From Thiotrichaceae bacterium (GTDB taxonomy: Bacteria > Pseudomonadota > Gammaproteobacteria > Thiotrichales > Thiotrichaceae): a stretch of 64,000 nt of DNA. The notes under the pieces were generated by a model, which had not been told where the DNA came from, did not search any database, and saw only the letters and a list, made by a program, of their open reading frames with translations. The DNA lies in assembly GCA_026989145.1 (NCBI GenBank), contig JALSJU010000123.1, positions 42,778-106,777 on the forward strand, read 5' to 3'. This document shows, piece by piece, positions 17,736-27,848 of the stretch; position 1 is the stretch's first letter; each line of letters starts with the position of its first letter. Both the position numbers and the translations under genes were made by a program.

Positions 17736-17982
17736 CTATTTCTTCTTGTGAAGGTTTGTAGCTTTTGTTTTCTGCTGATCTGGCTTTATTGATTTGCTTC
17801 ATCAAGTGTTTATTTTGAAGAATATAAATTGTTTCTTGATGCCGCTCCCAGTCTTCGGCGCTCATTACTACAAAATCCTCGGCATTGCGCCGCGTGACTT
17901 TTAAGGTGTCGTGTGTATCAACTACGTTATCGATACATTCTTTTAGATTTGAACGAAACTGATTTACGCTTACGGCTTCCAT
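17716..17982 (-). CDS. yefM: Phd/YefM-family antitoxin
   Basis: SVNQFRSNLK..VTRRNAEDFVVMSAEDWE..ETIY; overlaps the toxin start. Confidence 0.92.
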   Translation of the reverse strand: MEAVSVNQFRSNLKECIDNVVDTHDTLKVTRRNAEDFVVMSAEDWERHQETIYILQNKHLMKQINKARSAENKSYKPSQEEIDAIIDI

Positions 17983-17994
17983 AACTCTTCCTTC

Positions 17995-18013
17995 TGTACG
18001 GCATCGTGGTACA
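17995..18013. promoter_or_regulatory. Putative YefM operator
   Basis: TGTAC-N9-GTACA just upstream of yefM; E. coli YefM binds TGTACA-core palindromes. Confidence 0.45.
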
Positions 18014-18097
18014 TCTTATCATAATGACTTACAATTCACACCCCGACTTTAAGGAACCTCTCATCAGCGCCTAAAATAAGGTAAGAACTACCAAACA

Positions 18098-18340
18098 CTA
18101 GAGCTGTCTTAACTGTTGTAGTACTTTTTGTTGGCTATCACCATCAGCTTCAAGCTCTCCTAATAATAGGGCGTAAAGAATAGGGTCTTCCAGTTCTAAC
18201 AGCTCTTCAAAGGCTACTATTAAAGCTTCATCTTGCGACTCTTTATTTTCAATATATTTTTCAACGTAGTTACACAACACGATATCAAGCTCTTTAACTC
18301 CACGGCGGCAGTGCCATTTTATTTTTGATAAATTACTCAT
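18098..18340 (-). CDS. sdhE: Succinate dehydrogenase assembly factor 2
   Basis: KWHCRRGVKELDIVL, FEELLELEDP. Confidence 0.92.
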   Translation of the reverse strand: MSNLSKIKWHCRRGVKELDIVLCNYVEKYIENKESQDEALIVAFEELLELEDPILYALLLGELEADGDSQQKVLQQLRQL

Positions 18341-18361
18341 GTTGCTAGTAAACGCCCTTGC

Positions 18362-19162
18362 TCATTTCATCTTGCGTTTAATCATTTTACTCTTGATTTT
18401 CGCGATGACCTTGGCAGGGTTTAAGCCTTTTGGGCAGGCTTCGGTACAGTTCATAATGGTGTGACAGCGGTATAGCTTAAACGGGTCTTCTAAATCATCG
18501 AGCCGTGCTTCGCTTGCTTGATCACGTGAATCAGCAATCCAACGGTATGAGTTTAACAATGCGGCTGGGCCGAGGTACTTATCACTATTCCACCAATAAC
18601 TGGGGCAACTGGTTGAGCAACAAGCACAGAGAATACATTCATAAAGTCCATCTAACTTTTCTCGTTCTTCTACCGTTTGCAGGCGTTCTTTATCAGGTTC
18701 TACTTCTGCATCATTTTTCATCCACGGCTCGACAGATGCGTATTGCTCATAAAAATGAGTTAAGTCAGAAACTAAGTCTTTAATTACAGGTTGATGTGGT
18801 AGAGGGTAAATTTTTATATCACCTTCGATATCGGCAATAGCTTTTGTGCAAGCCAGGGTGTTCCCGCCATCAATATTCATTGCACATGAGCCACAAATCC
18901 CTTCTCGGCAAGAGCGACGTAGTGCAACGCTTGAGTCCAGTTCATCTTTAATTTTCAATAAACCATCTAGCACCATCGGCCCACAATTATCCATATCAAC
19001 CTCAAAAGTGTCGGTTCTGGGGTTTTCACCGCTTGCAGGGTCATAGCGGTAGACGATGAATTTACGGGTATTTTTTGGTTTTTCTCCAGCATTATTATTT
19101 GTCGCAGAAAAGGTTTTACCTATTTTGACAATGGAATTTACTGGTAATTTGAATTCAGCCAT
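18362..19162 (-). CDS. sdhB: Succinate dehydrogenase iron-sulfur subunit
   Basis: [49 protein letters not shown]. Confidence 0.97.
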   Translation of the reverse strand: MAEFKLPVNSIVKIGKTFSATNNNAGEKPKNTRKFIVYRYDPASGENPRTDTFEVDMDNCGPMVLDGLLKIKDELDSSVALRRSCREGICGSCAMNIDGGNTLACTKAIADIEGDIKIYPLPHQPVIKDLVSDLTHFYEQYASVEPWMKNDAEVEPDKERLQTVEEREKLDGLYECILCACCSTSCPSYWWNSDKYLGPAALLNSYRWIADSRDQASEARLDDLEDPFKLYRCHTIMNCTEACPKGLNPAKVIAKIKSKMIKRKMK

Positions 19163-19192
19163 GAGTTTTAAACCTTATCTTTGGAGTCTATC

Positions 19193-21004
19193 CTAGTAAA
19201 CGCGCTTTTTGGGTGGGATGACTTCACAGTCTTCCGTTAAGGTGTACATATGCACAGGACGATAATCAAACTTGACCGTGCCTTTATCATCGACCCACGC
19301 AAGTGTATGCTTCATCCACTCATCGTCATTCCGATCAGGGAAATCTTCTCGCGCATGACCACCACGGCTTTCTTCACGGTTAAGTGCACCAGCAATTATA
19401 GTTTGAGCTTGGACTAATAAATTTTCTAGCTCTAAGGTTTCCAATAAATCGGTATTCCATTGCATGCCACGATCGGTTATTCCCACATCGGTAAAGCTAT
19501 CAAAAACTTTTTGCATTTCTGTAACGCCTTCTTGCATAGTTTTTCCGGTGCGAAAAACGGCTGCATACTTTTGCATGGTGCGTTGCATTTTGTCTCTAAT
19601 TTGACCGGTTGGGATGCTCCCGTTAGCATTTCGTGTTTTATCAAAGCGCACTAATAAAGCATCAAAAATATCATCCGATAAAACTTTATGTGGTGTGTTA
19701 GGCTTAATCAATTCAGCTGCTCGAATCGCAGCTGCGCGGCCAAAAACAATAATATCCAATAATGAATTAGAGCCTAAACGATTCGCCCCATGCACGGAAA
19801 CACAGGCACATTCACCAATTGCCATTAAACCCGGAACGGTTTTATCAGGGTCATCGCCTTCAAGTGTGACCACCTCACCTTTGTAATTGGTGGGAATACC
19901 TCCCATATTGTAATGCACCGTTGGCAATACTGGGATAGGGTCTTTGGTAACATCAACACCAGAGAAAATACGCGCACTTTCTGCGATACCTGGCAAGCGT
20001 TCATTAATGACTTCTGGCCCAAGATGTTGTAAGTTTAGGAAAATATGATCTTTGTCTGGCCCAACCCCGCGCCCTTCGTTAATTTCCATCGTCATGGCAC
20101 GCGAAACCACATCCCGCGAGGCGAGATCTTTCGCATTCGGTGCATACCGCTCCATAAAGCGCTCACCTTCTGAGTTGGTTAAATAACCACCTTCACCACG
20201 CACGCCTTCGGTAATTAACACCCCCGCACCATAAACGCCGGTTGGATGAAACTGTACAAACTCCATATCTTGCAGTGGTAAACCAGCACGCAATACCATC
20301 GCGCTACCATCGCCCGTGCAGGTATGGGCAGAGGTTGCTGAAAAGTAAGCACGCCCACTACCACCCGTCGCAAGCACCACTTGATGCCCACGAAAACAGT
20401 GTAAATCTCCGGTGGTTAAATCCCATGCCATAACGCCTCGGCAAACACCATCTTCCATGATTAAATCTGTCACAAAGTATTCGATATAGAATTCAGCTTT
20501 GTGCTTTAGGGACTGTTGATACAACGTATGCAAAATAGCGTGACCGGTGCGATCAGCCGCCGCACAGGTTCGTTGCGCAACACCTTCACCAAAATTAGTC
20601 GTCATGCCACCAAAAGGTCGCTGATATATTTTACCGTCATCAGTACGTGAAAAAGGCACGCCGTAATGCTCCAACTCAATCACAGCTGGCACCGCCTCAC
20701 GACACATATATTCAATGGCATCTTGATCACCCAGCCAGTCAGAACCTTTTACCGTGTCATACATATGCCACTGCCAACTGTCTTCACCCATATTCGCTAG
20801 CGCTGCCGACATGCCGCCTTGCGCCGCTACCGTATGACTGCGAGTAGGAAAGACTTTTGTTATACAGGCCGTACTCAAACCAGCACTCGCCATACCTAAT
20901 GTGGCGCGCAAGCCTGCCCCGCCAGCACCGACAATAACCACATCATGCTCGTGATTGATGATTTTATAATCTGATGATTTGTTTGATGTTGTGCTTGATG
21001 ACAT
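19193..21004 (-). CDS. sdhA: Succinate dehydrogenase flavoprotein subunit
   Basis: [45 protein letters not shown]. Start set at the ATG after the sdhD stop. Confidence 0.97.
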   Translation of the reverse strand: MSSSTTSNKSSDYKIINHEHDVVIVGAGGAGLRATLGMASAGLSTACITKVFPTRSHTVAAQGGMSAALANMGEDSWQWHMYDTVKGSDWLGDQDAIEYMCREAVPAVIELEHYGVPFSRTDDGKIYQRPFGGMTTNFGEGVAQRTCAAADRTGHAILHTLYQQSLKHKAEFYIEYFVTDLIMEDGVCRGVMAWDLTTGDLHCFRGHQVVLATGGSGRAYFSATSAHTCTGDGSAMVLRAGLPLQDMEFVQFHPTGVYGAGVLITEGVRGEGGYLTNSEGERFMERYAPNAKDLASRDVVSRAMTMEINEGRGVGPDKDHIFLNLQHLGPEVINERLPGIAESARIFSGVDVTKDPIPVLPTVHYNMGGIPTNYKGEVVTLEGDDPDKTVPGLMAIGECACVSVHGANRLGSNSLLDIIVFGRAAAIRAAELIKPNTPHKVLSDDIFDALLVRFDKTRNANGSIPTGQIRDKMQRTMQKYAAVFRTGKTMQEGVTEMQKVFDSFTDVGITDRGMQWNTDLLETLELENLLVQAQTIIAGALNREESRGGHAREDFPDRNDDEWMKHTLAWVDDKGTVKFDYRPVHMYTLTEDCEVIPPKKRVY

Positions 21005-21005
21005 T

Positions 21006-21398
21006 TTATTGCCCACCTACTACTATTTTTAAAAGGGACAAAACACCTATCGCCATTGATAAATAGCTTAATAACTTAACTGCTAATATAGCCATACTAC
21101 GGCGCTTTAAATTAGAAATATAATCTTCAAAAATTACCTGCATGCCCAAATGTGCATGTTTAAATGAGATGATTAGAGTTAAAAACATCATCACAAAATT
21201 AAAGGGTGATTTTAGCCAGCTCACCAACACCTCATAGGTGACTTGTGGCAATAAAGCAATGCTGAAGCAAAACCAAATAACCAGCGGTATCAAAGCCAAC
21301 GCGGTAACGCGTTGCATCATAAAGTGCTTGGTGGCTTCTGCCGACTTGCTTGACCCTTTGGCCACTGGTGAACGTAAATTCGTCATATTGTCATGCAT
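21006..21398 (-). CDS. sdhD: Succinate dehydrogenase hydrophobic anchor subunit
   Basis: [25 protein letters not shown]; operon position. Confidence 0.92.
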   Translation of the reverse strand: MHDNMTNLRSPVAKGSSKSAEATKHFMMQRVTALALIPLVIWFCFSIALLPQVTYEVLVSWLKSPFNFVMMFLTLIISFKHAHLGMQVIFEDYISNLKRRSMAILAVKLLSYLSMAIGVLSLLKIVVGGQ

Positions 21399-21401
21399 CC
21401 T

Positions 21402-21779
21402 TTACGTTATGAGCCATGTCAACACGGTTAAAATAATAGCTGCAGCAATCACGGCAATGCCAGATTTATGCGCACCTTCAAGATCAAGACCTTTTCCAAT
21501 ATCCCAGAACAAATGTCGGATGCCGTTACAGAAGTGATAATAAAGCGAAAAAGTAAAGCCGAATAAAGTCAACTTACCAAACCAACTTGATAAAAAACCG
21601 TGCATACTTTGCCAAGTTGTCGCACCCGAAGCACCTGCAGCGAGTACCCACACCATTAAAAGTAAACCCATGAATAATACGGCGCCGGTAGCCCGATGCA
21701 AGATAGAAAGCTTTGCAGTGAGTGGCAGTTTATACACCTGCAAGTGTGGCGACATTGGCCGCTTATCATCCCATGACAT
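21402..21779 (-). CDS. sdhC: Succinate dehydrogenase cytochrome b556 subunit
   Basis: RPMSPHLQVY, SILHRATG, HFCNGIRHLFWD. Confidence 0.95.
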   Translation of the reverse strand: MSWDDKRPMSPHLQVYKLPLTAKLSILHRATGAVLFMGLLLMVWVLAAGASGATTWQSMHGFLSSWFGKLTLFGFTFSLYYHFCNGIRHLFWDIGKGLDLEGAHKSGIAVIAAAIILTVLTWLIT

Positions 21780-21841
21780 GCTGGAAATTACCTAAATGTG
21801 AAACAAGATGACTTGATCATAGTACCAAATTTGAATTGTTG

Positions 21842-23026
21842 CTACGGAAGATGACGCACTTGTAAATATTCTTTGGTTTGCATCTCTTTAAGCCGACTAA
21901 CAGTACGCTTAAATGGCTCTTTTAATTTACTGGAAACATAGATTTTTTCAGCCTCAGCTTGCGCTGTCACAATTAAATTTACCTGCAAATCATAGAAAAT
22001 ATCAATCATATTGGTAAAACGACGTGCGGCATCATCCATATTGCTATCCATAATTGGAATGTCAGAAATCAATATGGTGTGATAAATCTTGGCGATTTGT
22101 GAATAATCAGCGATTGATCGGGGCGAGTTACAAAGCTCTTCAAAGCTAAGCCACACAATACCATCTGCCCACATTTCGACCGGTATTCGACGTCCATTGA
22201 TAATAATATCTTGCCTATCTTTATGTAAATTAATTGCCGAAAGTTCATCAAAACGTTGTTGCAAAAACTGCTTAGAGTGATCACCTCTAAGTACGGCATA
22301 CAAGTCTCCCTGAGATAATCGCTTTAACCGATAGTCCAACTCTCCGCCCATTTCAATGACTTGTGTGTGTTGCTCTAACAATTTGATCGCGGGCTTAAAA
22401 CGCTCTCGTTGCAAGCCGTTTTTATAAAGCTCATTAGGCGGGCTATTTGATGTTGTTACCAACATCACACCATAGCCAAAAAGGTGTTCAAATAATTTGC
22501 CCAATAACATCGCATCGGTAATATCAGTAACGTGCATTTCATCTAAAACCAACAACCTTGATTTTTCAGAAAAGTGTTTAGCAACGATTTTTAATGGATC
22601 AACAACGCCTTCTAACTGATTTAGCTCCTCATGAACCAAATGCATAAAGCGATGAAAATGTAGCCGTATTTTTCTTTTTATAGGAACCATTTTATAAAAT
22701 AGATCAACCAAGTGCGTTTTACCGCGCCCTACACCACCCCATACATAAAGGCCTTTTTTGCTTACAGGAGGGATAGTTTTTGTCGACTTTTTAAAAAATA
22801 AATCTTTAAGTGATATGTGTGGGAGCGATGCTAATACGCTGGAAGTACCAGAATTTAATAAATCATTATAAATATTCTGCAACGCTACAATAACGACTTC
22901 TTGATGTGGGTCAGGGTCTAATTCACCAGCGTCTATACTGGCTTGATAGTATGATAATAAAGTCTTGCCAGACTGCTCTGGTTTTTGATCCAACTGATTA
23001 ATCACCCGCAAACTCACACAAAGCAA
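21842..23026 (-). CDS. zapE: Cell division ATPase ZapE (AFG1 family)
   Basis: GLYVWGGVGRGKT, HFHRFM, LVLDE, TSNSPPNELYKNGLQRERF, FKRTVSRL. Start uncertain. Confidence 0.92.
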   Translation of the reverse strand: MLCVSLRVINQLDQKPEQSGKTLLSYYQASIDAGELDPDPHQEVVIVALQNIYNDLLNSGTSSVLASLPHISLKDLFFKKSTKTIPPVSKKGLYVWGGVGRGKTHLVDLFYKMVPIKRKIRLHFHRFMHLVHEELNQLEGVVDPLKIVAKHFSEKSRLLVLDEMHVTDITDAMLLGKLFEHLFGYGVMLVTTSNSPPNELYKNGLQRERFKPAIKLLEQHTQVIEMGGELDYRLKRLSQGDLYAVLRGDHSKQFLQQRFDELSAINLHKDRQDIIINGRRIPVEMWADGIVWLSFEELCNSPRSIADYSQIAKIYHTILISDIPIMDSNMDDAARRFTNMIDIFYDLQVNLIVTAQAEAEKIYVSSKLKEPFKRTVSRLKEMQTKEYLQVRHLP

Positions 23027-23534
23027 AGACGGGACAAATCAGTTCATCACGAAGTTTTTTACTGCCACCGAGATCGGGCAAATCAACGACAAAACAGCTT
23101 TCAATGATGTTCGCATCCAGCTGACGCAGTAGTTTTATTGCAGCTGTCGCTGTGCCGCCAGTGGCTATCAAATCATCAATCAATAAAACGCGGTCATTCG
23201 GTTTTACGCAGTTTGTATGTATTTCGATGCTGTCTTCACCGTATTCTAGTTGATAGCTTTGCGAGATTGTATCACCGGGTAATTTACCAGCTTTGCGTAC
23301 TGGAATAAAACTTGCGCCTAGCTCATAGGCAACAACAGTGCCAAAGATAAAACCGCGTGCTTCAACCCCTGCAACAGCTGTAATATTTTGATGAAGGTAG
23401 CGCTGCACAATGGTATCAATGGTTATGCGCAAAGCGATTGGCTCTTCCAGTAGTGTTGTGATATCCCTATATTGAACCCCAGGTTTTGGGTAATCGGGGA
23501 TAGTGCGAATGGCCGCTTTTATAATATTACGCAT
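22998..23534 (-). CDS. apt: Adenine phosphoribosyltransferase
   Basis: IPDYPKPGVQYRDITTLL, GVEARGF, VRKAGKLPG, LIDDLIATGGT. Confidence 0.97.
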   Translation of the reverse strand: MRNIIKAAIRTIPDYPKPGVQYRDITTLLEEPIALRITIDTIVQRYLHQNITAVAGVEARGFIFGTVVAYELGASFIPVRKAGKLPGDTISQSYQLEYGEDSIEIHTNCVKPNDRVLLIDDLIATGGTATAAIKLLRQLDANIIESCFVVDLPDLGGSKKLRDELICPVFALCEFAGD

Positions 23535-23558
23535 AACAACATGACAAACTAGCGACGA

Positions 23559-24059
23559 CTAACGATAGCCAACACCAGCAACATGCTTGTATAGGGTTGC
23601 CATATCTTTTGAGCTATTGCGAATTAACTTATCCAAGCTCATAACAACAAATTCTAATAAGTTTACTGAAATATACGAATGCTCAACACATAAGCGCTTG
23701 TACATTGGATGAGATATGGCGAGTAATTTTACGCCGTTTTTCTTACCAGAACGTAAACGAATTGAACGTGGTTGACGGTCAAAAAATGACATTTCACCCG
23801 CAAGACAACCTGCTTCGATTCGCCCCACATCCATCTCTTTACTACCCTCTTCATTTACCAGTCGAATTCTACCCTCTAATACCAAATAAAATTCATCACC
23901 CACCTCACCAATATCAGCGATGATTTTATCCGGCTCAGTCTCAATAATATTGGTAAATTTTAAAAATGTTGCTACTTCCTCATTCGTCAGTGCTTCACAA
24001 AATTTGGGGCAAGCTTCCATGACTTGTTGAACAAGTGCGTCAGATACATTGGCAGTCAT
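23559..24059 (-). CDS. Stand-alone cyclic-nucleotide-binding domain protein
   Basis: GEVGDEFYLVLEG..GCLAGEMSFFDRQPRS; no HTH. Confidence 0.8.
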   Translation of the reverse strand: MTANVSDALVQQVMEACPKFCEALTNEEVATFLKFTNIIETEPDKIIADIGEVGDEFYLVLEGRIRLVNEEGSKEMDVGRIEAGCLAGEMSFFDRQPRSIRLRSGKKNGVKLLAISHPMYKRLCVEHSYISVNLLEFVVMSLDKLIRNSSKDMATLYKHVAGVGYR

Positions 24060-24143
24060 CGTTAGTTCCTTTATTATAAGTCTGCAAGAAGTATACGCCT
24101 TCGCTATACTGCATTCGATAACTTTTTAAGGTAGAAATAAAAA

Positions 24144-24377
24144 ATGAGCATTAGTAATGAAGCCGTAAGCGAGCTAATTAAACAACAATTCCCCGATGCA
24201 ACCATTACGGTAAATGGTGACGGTTATAAATATGAAACCACTGTTATTTGTAAAAGCTTTGAGGGCTTGAATACACTCAAGCGGCATCAAGCGGTTTATG
24301 CATCGGTTAACAGCGCTATTACCTCGGGCGACTTACATGCACTTACGATTACCGCCAAAACACCTGACGAAGCTTAA
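24144..24377 (+). CDS. BolA/IbaG family protein
   Basis: FEGLNTLKRHQAVY..LHALTITAKTP. Confidence 0.9.
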   Translation: MSISNEAVSELIKQQFPDATITVNGDGYKYETTVICKSFEGLNTLKRHQAVYASVNSAITSGDLHALTITAKTPDEA

Positions 24378-24380
24378 ACT

Positions 24381-24641
24381 ATGGCTGATGTCACCACACA
24401 TGACTTAGATGCGCGTCGTTTGTTATGCCCAATGCCGGTAATTCGCACCCAACAATTAATTGAATCATTGGGTGAATCGGCAAATGGTGATCACATCAAA
24501 GTACGCTGTACAGACCCTGGGGTGCTTTACGATATTCCTGCTTGGGCAAAAGTGCACGGGCATATATTAATTGATACGCTTGATGATGATTACGAATATA
24601 CGGTGATTATTCAAATTAACTATACTTTAGAATCTAGCTAA
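24381..24641 (+). CDS. TusA-family sulfur carrier
   Basis: LDARRLLCPMPV, DPG..DIPAW. Confidence 0.88.
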   Translation: MADVTTHDLDARRLLCPMPVIRTQQLIESLGESANGDHIKVRCTDPGVLYDIPAWAKVHGHILIDTLDDDYEYTVIIQINYTLESS

Positions 24642-24643
24642 AT

Positions 24644-25825
24644 ATGCACAGTCACTCTCATAGCCATCATGGTCACAGCCACGAGCAAAATACCGAGAAG
24701 CCCGGTACTGTTCGTTATAAAGAAACCCGCAATGTAACTTTAGTTGGCATGGTGGTGAACATTGGTTTATCACTCGCCCAGCTAATCGGCGGTACGTTTA
24801 CTCACTCACAAGCACTCATCGCGGATGGAGTTCATACCTTATCTGATCTTGCCAGTGATGTGGTTGTGTTAATAGCTGCTAAATTAGCCAGTAAAGATGC
24901 AGATGATGATCACCCTTATGGGCATGGACGCTTCGAAACAATTGCCACAGTTATTTTAGGCTTGGCACTGGCGGGAGTCGCAGTAGGCATTGCGATTAAT
25001 GCCATTGGTCGCATCATGAATCCTGAACGTTTATTACAGCCAGAACCCTTGGCATTATTATTTGCAGCACTCGCCATTGTAAGTAAAGAAGGCTTGTATC
25101 AATACACAATGGTGGTAGCTAACCGGCTTAACTCTAAAATGCTTAAAGCGAATGCATGGCACCATCGTTCTGATGCTATTTCATCCCTTTTAGTTGCTAT
25201 TGGGGTAGCGGGAAGTGTATTTTTAGAAATTCCTTGGCTGGATGCGGCGGCCGCTATTGTTGTTGCGGTGATGATATTTTATATGGGTGCACAGCTAATT
25301 CTAGATAGCACGATGGAATTAGTCGACACTGCGCTAGATCCACAGCAAACCGCAAAGATTGGTCAATTCATAAGCAGCATCGAAGGAGTCGATCATATGC
25401 ATTTGTTACGCACCCGTAAAATGGGTAACAATGTATTAGCTGATGTTCACCTGCAAGTTAACTCTTACCTAAGCGTTTCTGAAGGACATTATATTGCCGA
25501 GCGAGTCATCCACGAGTTACGTCATGAGTTTCCAGAAATGCATGATATAACAGTGCATATTGACCCAGAGGATGATGAGACCTGCAGCCCATCAAAAAAC
25601 TTGCCGAGCCGTAATCAGATAATGGCTGAACTATATCCTTTACTACAAAAAAACCAAGTCGATAAAGATATTAGTAATATTGTTCTACACTATATTGATG
25701 GCAAGATTGAAATAGAAATTATTGTGGCACAACCACAAAATGATAAAAGCCTCGCGGCATTAAACGATGCCTGCAAGCAATGTAAAGATGTTAGATCAAT
25801 TACGGTGAATCAAAAGCTAATGTAG
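24644..25825 (+). CDS. Cation diffusion facilitator transporter
   Basis: His-rich N-terminus, ALIADGVHTLSD, DHPYGHGRFE, NAWHHRSD, VHIDP. Confidence 0.93.
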   Translation: MHSHSHSHHGHSHEQNTEKPGTVRYKETRNVTLVGMVVNIGLSLAQLIGGTFTHSQALIADGVHTLSDLASDVVVLIAAKLASKDADDDHPYGHGRFETIATVILGLALAGVAVGIAINAIGRIMNPERLLQPEPLALLFAALAIVSKEGLYQYTMVVANRLNSKMLKANAWHHRSDAISSLLVAIGVAGSVFLEIPWLDAAAAIVVAVMIFYMGAQLILDSTMELVDTALDPQQTAKIGQFISSIEGVDHMHLLRTRKMGNNVLADVHLQVNSYLSVSEGHYIAERVIHELRHEFPEMHDITVHIDPEDDETCSPSKNLPSRNQIMAELYPLLQKNQVDKDISNIVLHYIDGKIEIEIIVAQPQNDKSLAALNDACKQCKDVRSITVNQKLM

Positions 25826-25858
25826 TCCATGTTAAATTCAATTATTAAGAGGTAAACA

Positions 25859-27049
25859 ATGATAAAGCTCAGACCGCGAGAAATTATTACACCCCGCCCA
25901 TCCATGTCGTTAACCGTCCCAGATGGAATGTCGCCGGTAGAGTTTTTTAACAGTGCTGCAAACCTTAAAAACCTTGCAGAAGAAAACGGCTTATTCAGGA
26001 CCCCAGAAGATTTATTAATGTACCGTAAGCTGATTGGCCACAGCACTGAATTTGATACCTCTATTATTTTAGACACCTCAAGACGCATCCTCGACCCACT
26101 CGGTAGGCCAGTTCGACGTGATCAGCTAAGTCGCCAGCAAAAAAAGGTCTGGTCGCAAATGACCACCATTTTAATGGAATACATGCTGGAAAAATATCCA
26201 GACCCGAAAAAGCATCTAGTGCTTTGTGGCGAAGCCAGTTTGGATTCAACATGGCCCTTAAATAAACCTGGCGTACCCAGTATTCGGATGATACATAATC
26301 ACTTTATGGTCTTCCCTATTGCTGATCTAAAAGCTTCAAAAGAGGCCGATGCAAACAACCCCAACCTTACGGATAGTGGTCATAACACTTTATTTTTGCG
26401 CCATCTCAGTGATGCTTATCATGAGTTTTTAGATGTGCTTGATTTACAGCTTTTAAAATTTCTACCTTCGGAAGATTGCGCGCTTGAACTAACCGGCTTC
26501 CCTCAAGGTCTTCCTAGCTGGGAGCTTATTGGCGGTGCGGAGAAACTTCACGACCAATATTTTTGGTATGAGTTTGAACAGGTCTTACGAGGCTTCTTGG
26601 ATTTTTACCGTACCTTCTTTTCGTTAGTGGCAACCGGTGATGAGCGCATCCCAAAAGAAGCAAACTTTCCCAACCAAGTGGCAGATGTGTTACTCGGCAA
26701 TACTCAGTTTTTACGCGTGGCACGTGATTTACGTGAGCAAGTTATCCAAGACCCACAATTTGCCAATGAAATTCGCTGGCGACCCGCCTACAAACAAATA
26801 CTTTACCGTGACGATAAAGGTCGTTTAATTGTCACCATTTCACAAAACTCGGTCGGTAACGCCATTACCGAATTATTAGGCATTGTCGTTAATCGCGTGG
26901 AAGATAATAAAGAATACGGCAAGCGAGAACCCGCATTAGTAGGACGACTTTTAGAAGCAAGACAACGCTTAATTGATGCTAACTTGGGAGAGGCAATTTC
27001 AGGGCCTTGTTGGCCAAATGGTGAGTTTATTGATTGCCGTAAAACATAA
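25859..27049 (+). CDS. Hypothetical protein with a HIT-like motif
   Basis: 396 aa ORF with gene-like composition; PSIRMIHNHFMVFP resembles a HIT/GalT HxH motif. Confidence 0.55.
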   Translation: MIKLRPREIITPRPSMSLTVPDGMSPVEFFNSAANLKNLAEENGLFRTPEDLLMYRKLIGHSTEFDTSIILDTSRRILDPLGRPVRRDQLSRQQKKVWSQMTTILMEYMLEKYPDPKKHLVLCGEASLDSTWPLNKPGVPSIRMIHNHFMVFPIADLKASKEADANNPNLTDSGHNTLFLRHLSDAYHEFLDVLDLQLLKFLPSEDCALELTGFPQGLPSWELIGGAEKLHDQYFWYEFEQVLRGFLDFYRTFFSLVATGDERIPKEANFPNQVADVLLGNTQFLRVARDLREQVIQDPQFANEIRWRPAYKQILYRDDKGRLIVTISQNSVGNAITELLGIVVNRVEDNKEYGKREPALVGRLLEARQRLIDANLGEAISGPCWPNGEFIDCRKT

Positions 27050-27082
27050 GATATGACTGCACGAGTCAAGCTAACGGCTTAT

Positions 27083-27115
27083 TAAAAAGGCGACAACATT
27101 TAGTCGCCTTTTTTT
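27083..27115. terminator. Bidirectional intrinsic terminator
   Basis: AAAAAGGCGAC-AACATTTA-GTCGCCTTTTTT between convergent genes. Confidence 0.8.
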
Positions 27116-27122
27116 ACTTGAC

Positions 27123-27605
27123 TTACTTGTACTTAACTACAGGACGTTTCTCAGCCATCCAACCCATAATACCATGGGTTACATTAAGCACATTTTTATA
27201 ACCAAGTTGCTGTGCTATCGCCTGACTAGCCGCTTGCGTTCTACTACCAGTGCGACACATTAAAGCGACGGTTTGATCAGGCTTCGCAAGCGCGGTGAAT
27301 TGCGGAACAAACTTAGGATTTATTCGTCCCGTATTATCAAAAAAGGTAATCGTATTAGCACCTTTAACAATACCTGTTTGTTGCCACTCTTCCTGTCGGC
27401 GAATATCAACTAAAACAACTTTCTTTTGATCAAGTAAGCTCTGTAGCGTTGCATTATCAATATTACTATAACCACCCGCCTGTTTTACAGGTGCTGATGC
27501 GACAGATTTTGGTGCAACATTTTTGTTTGTTGAAGTATCAGCATTACAAGCAGACAGAGGAATAATTACACTCAACAATGCAACTTTTAAAAAATTAGAT
27601 GTCAT
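27123..27605 (-). CDS. Rhodanese-domain lipoprotein
   Basis: LSAC lipobox; LVDIRRQEEW..GIVKGA; LMCRTGSRT active-site loop. Confidence 0.88.
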   Translation of the reverse strand: MTSNFLKVALLSVIIPLSACNADTSTNKNVAPKSVASAPVKQAGGYSNIDNATLQSLLDQKKVVLVDIRRQEEWQQTGIVKGANTITFFDNTGRINPKFVPQFTALAKPDQTVALMCRTGSRTQAASQAIAQQLGYKNVLNVTHGIMGWMAEKRPVVKYK

Positions 27606-27755
27606 AAGACTATCTCCAAATTATGAAAATACAGTTCTTCGAATAAACGAAGTGCATAGTACGCGTTTTGCTTTAGCAAATAAAATATCAATACGATTTA
27701 TGGGTTACATCAGACGTTATTGCTTAAAAATAGTTCATTTAGCTTTGACATAAGC

Positions 27756-27784
27756 ATGACATAAAACATGAATTTGGCTATGAT
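27756..27784 (+). promoter_or_regulatory. sigma70 promoter of the ankyrin gene with an overlapping 11-bp-period direct repeat
   Basis: ATGACA-N17-TATGAT; TGACATAA repeated at 27746 and 27757. Confidence 0.5.
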
Positions 27785-27848
27785 GAAGAAAATAAAAAGT
27801 ATAAATCTATACTCTTGTGAGAGTAAAAAAGTGTTAAGGGAATTAAAC

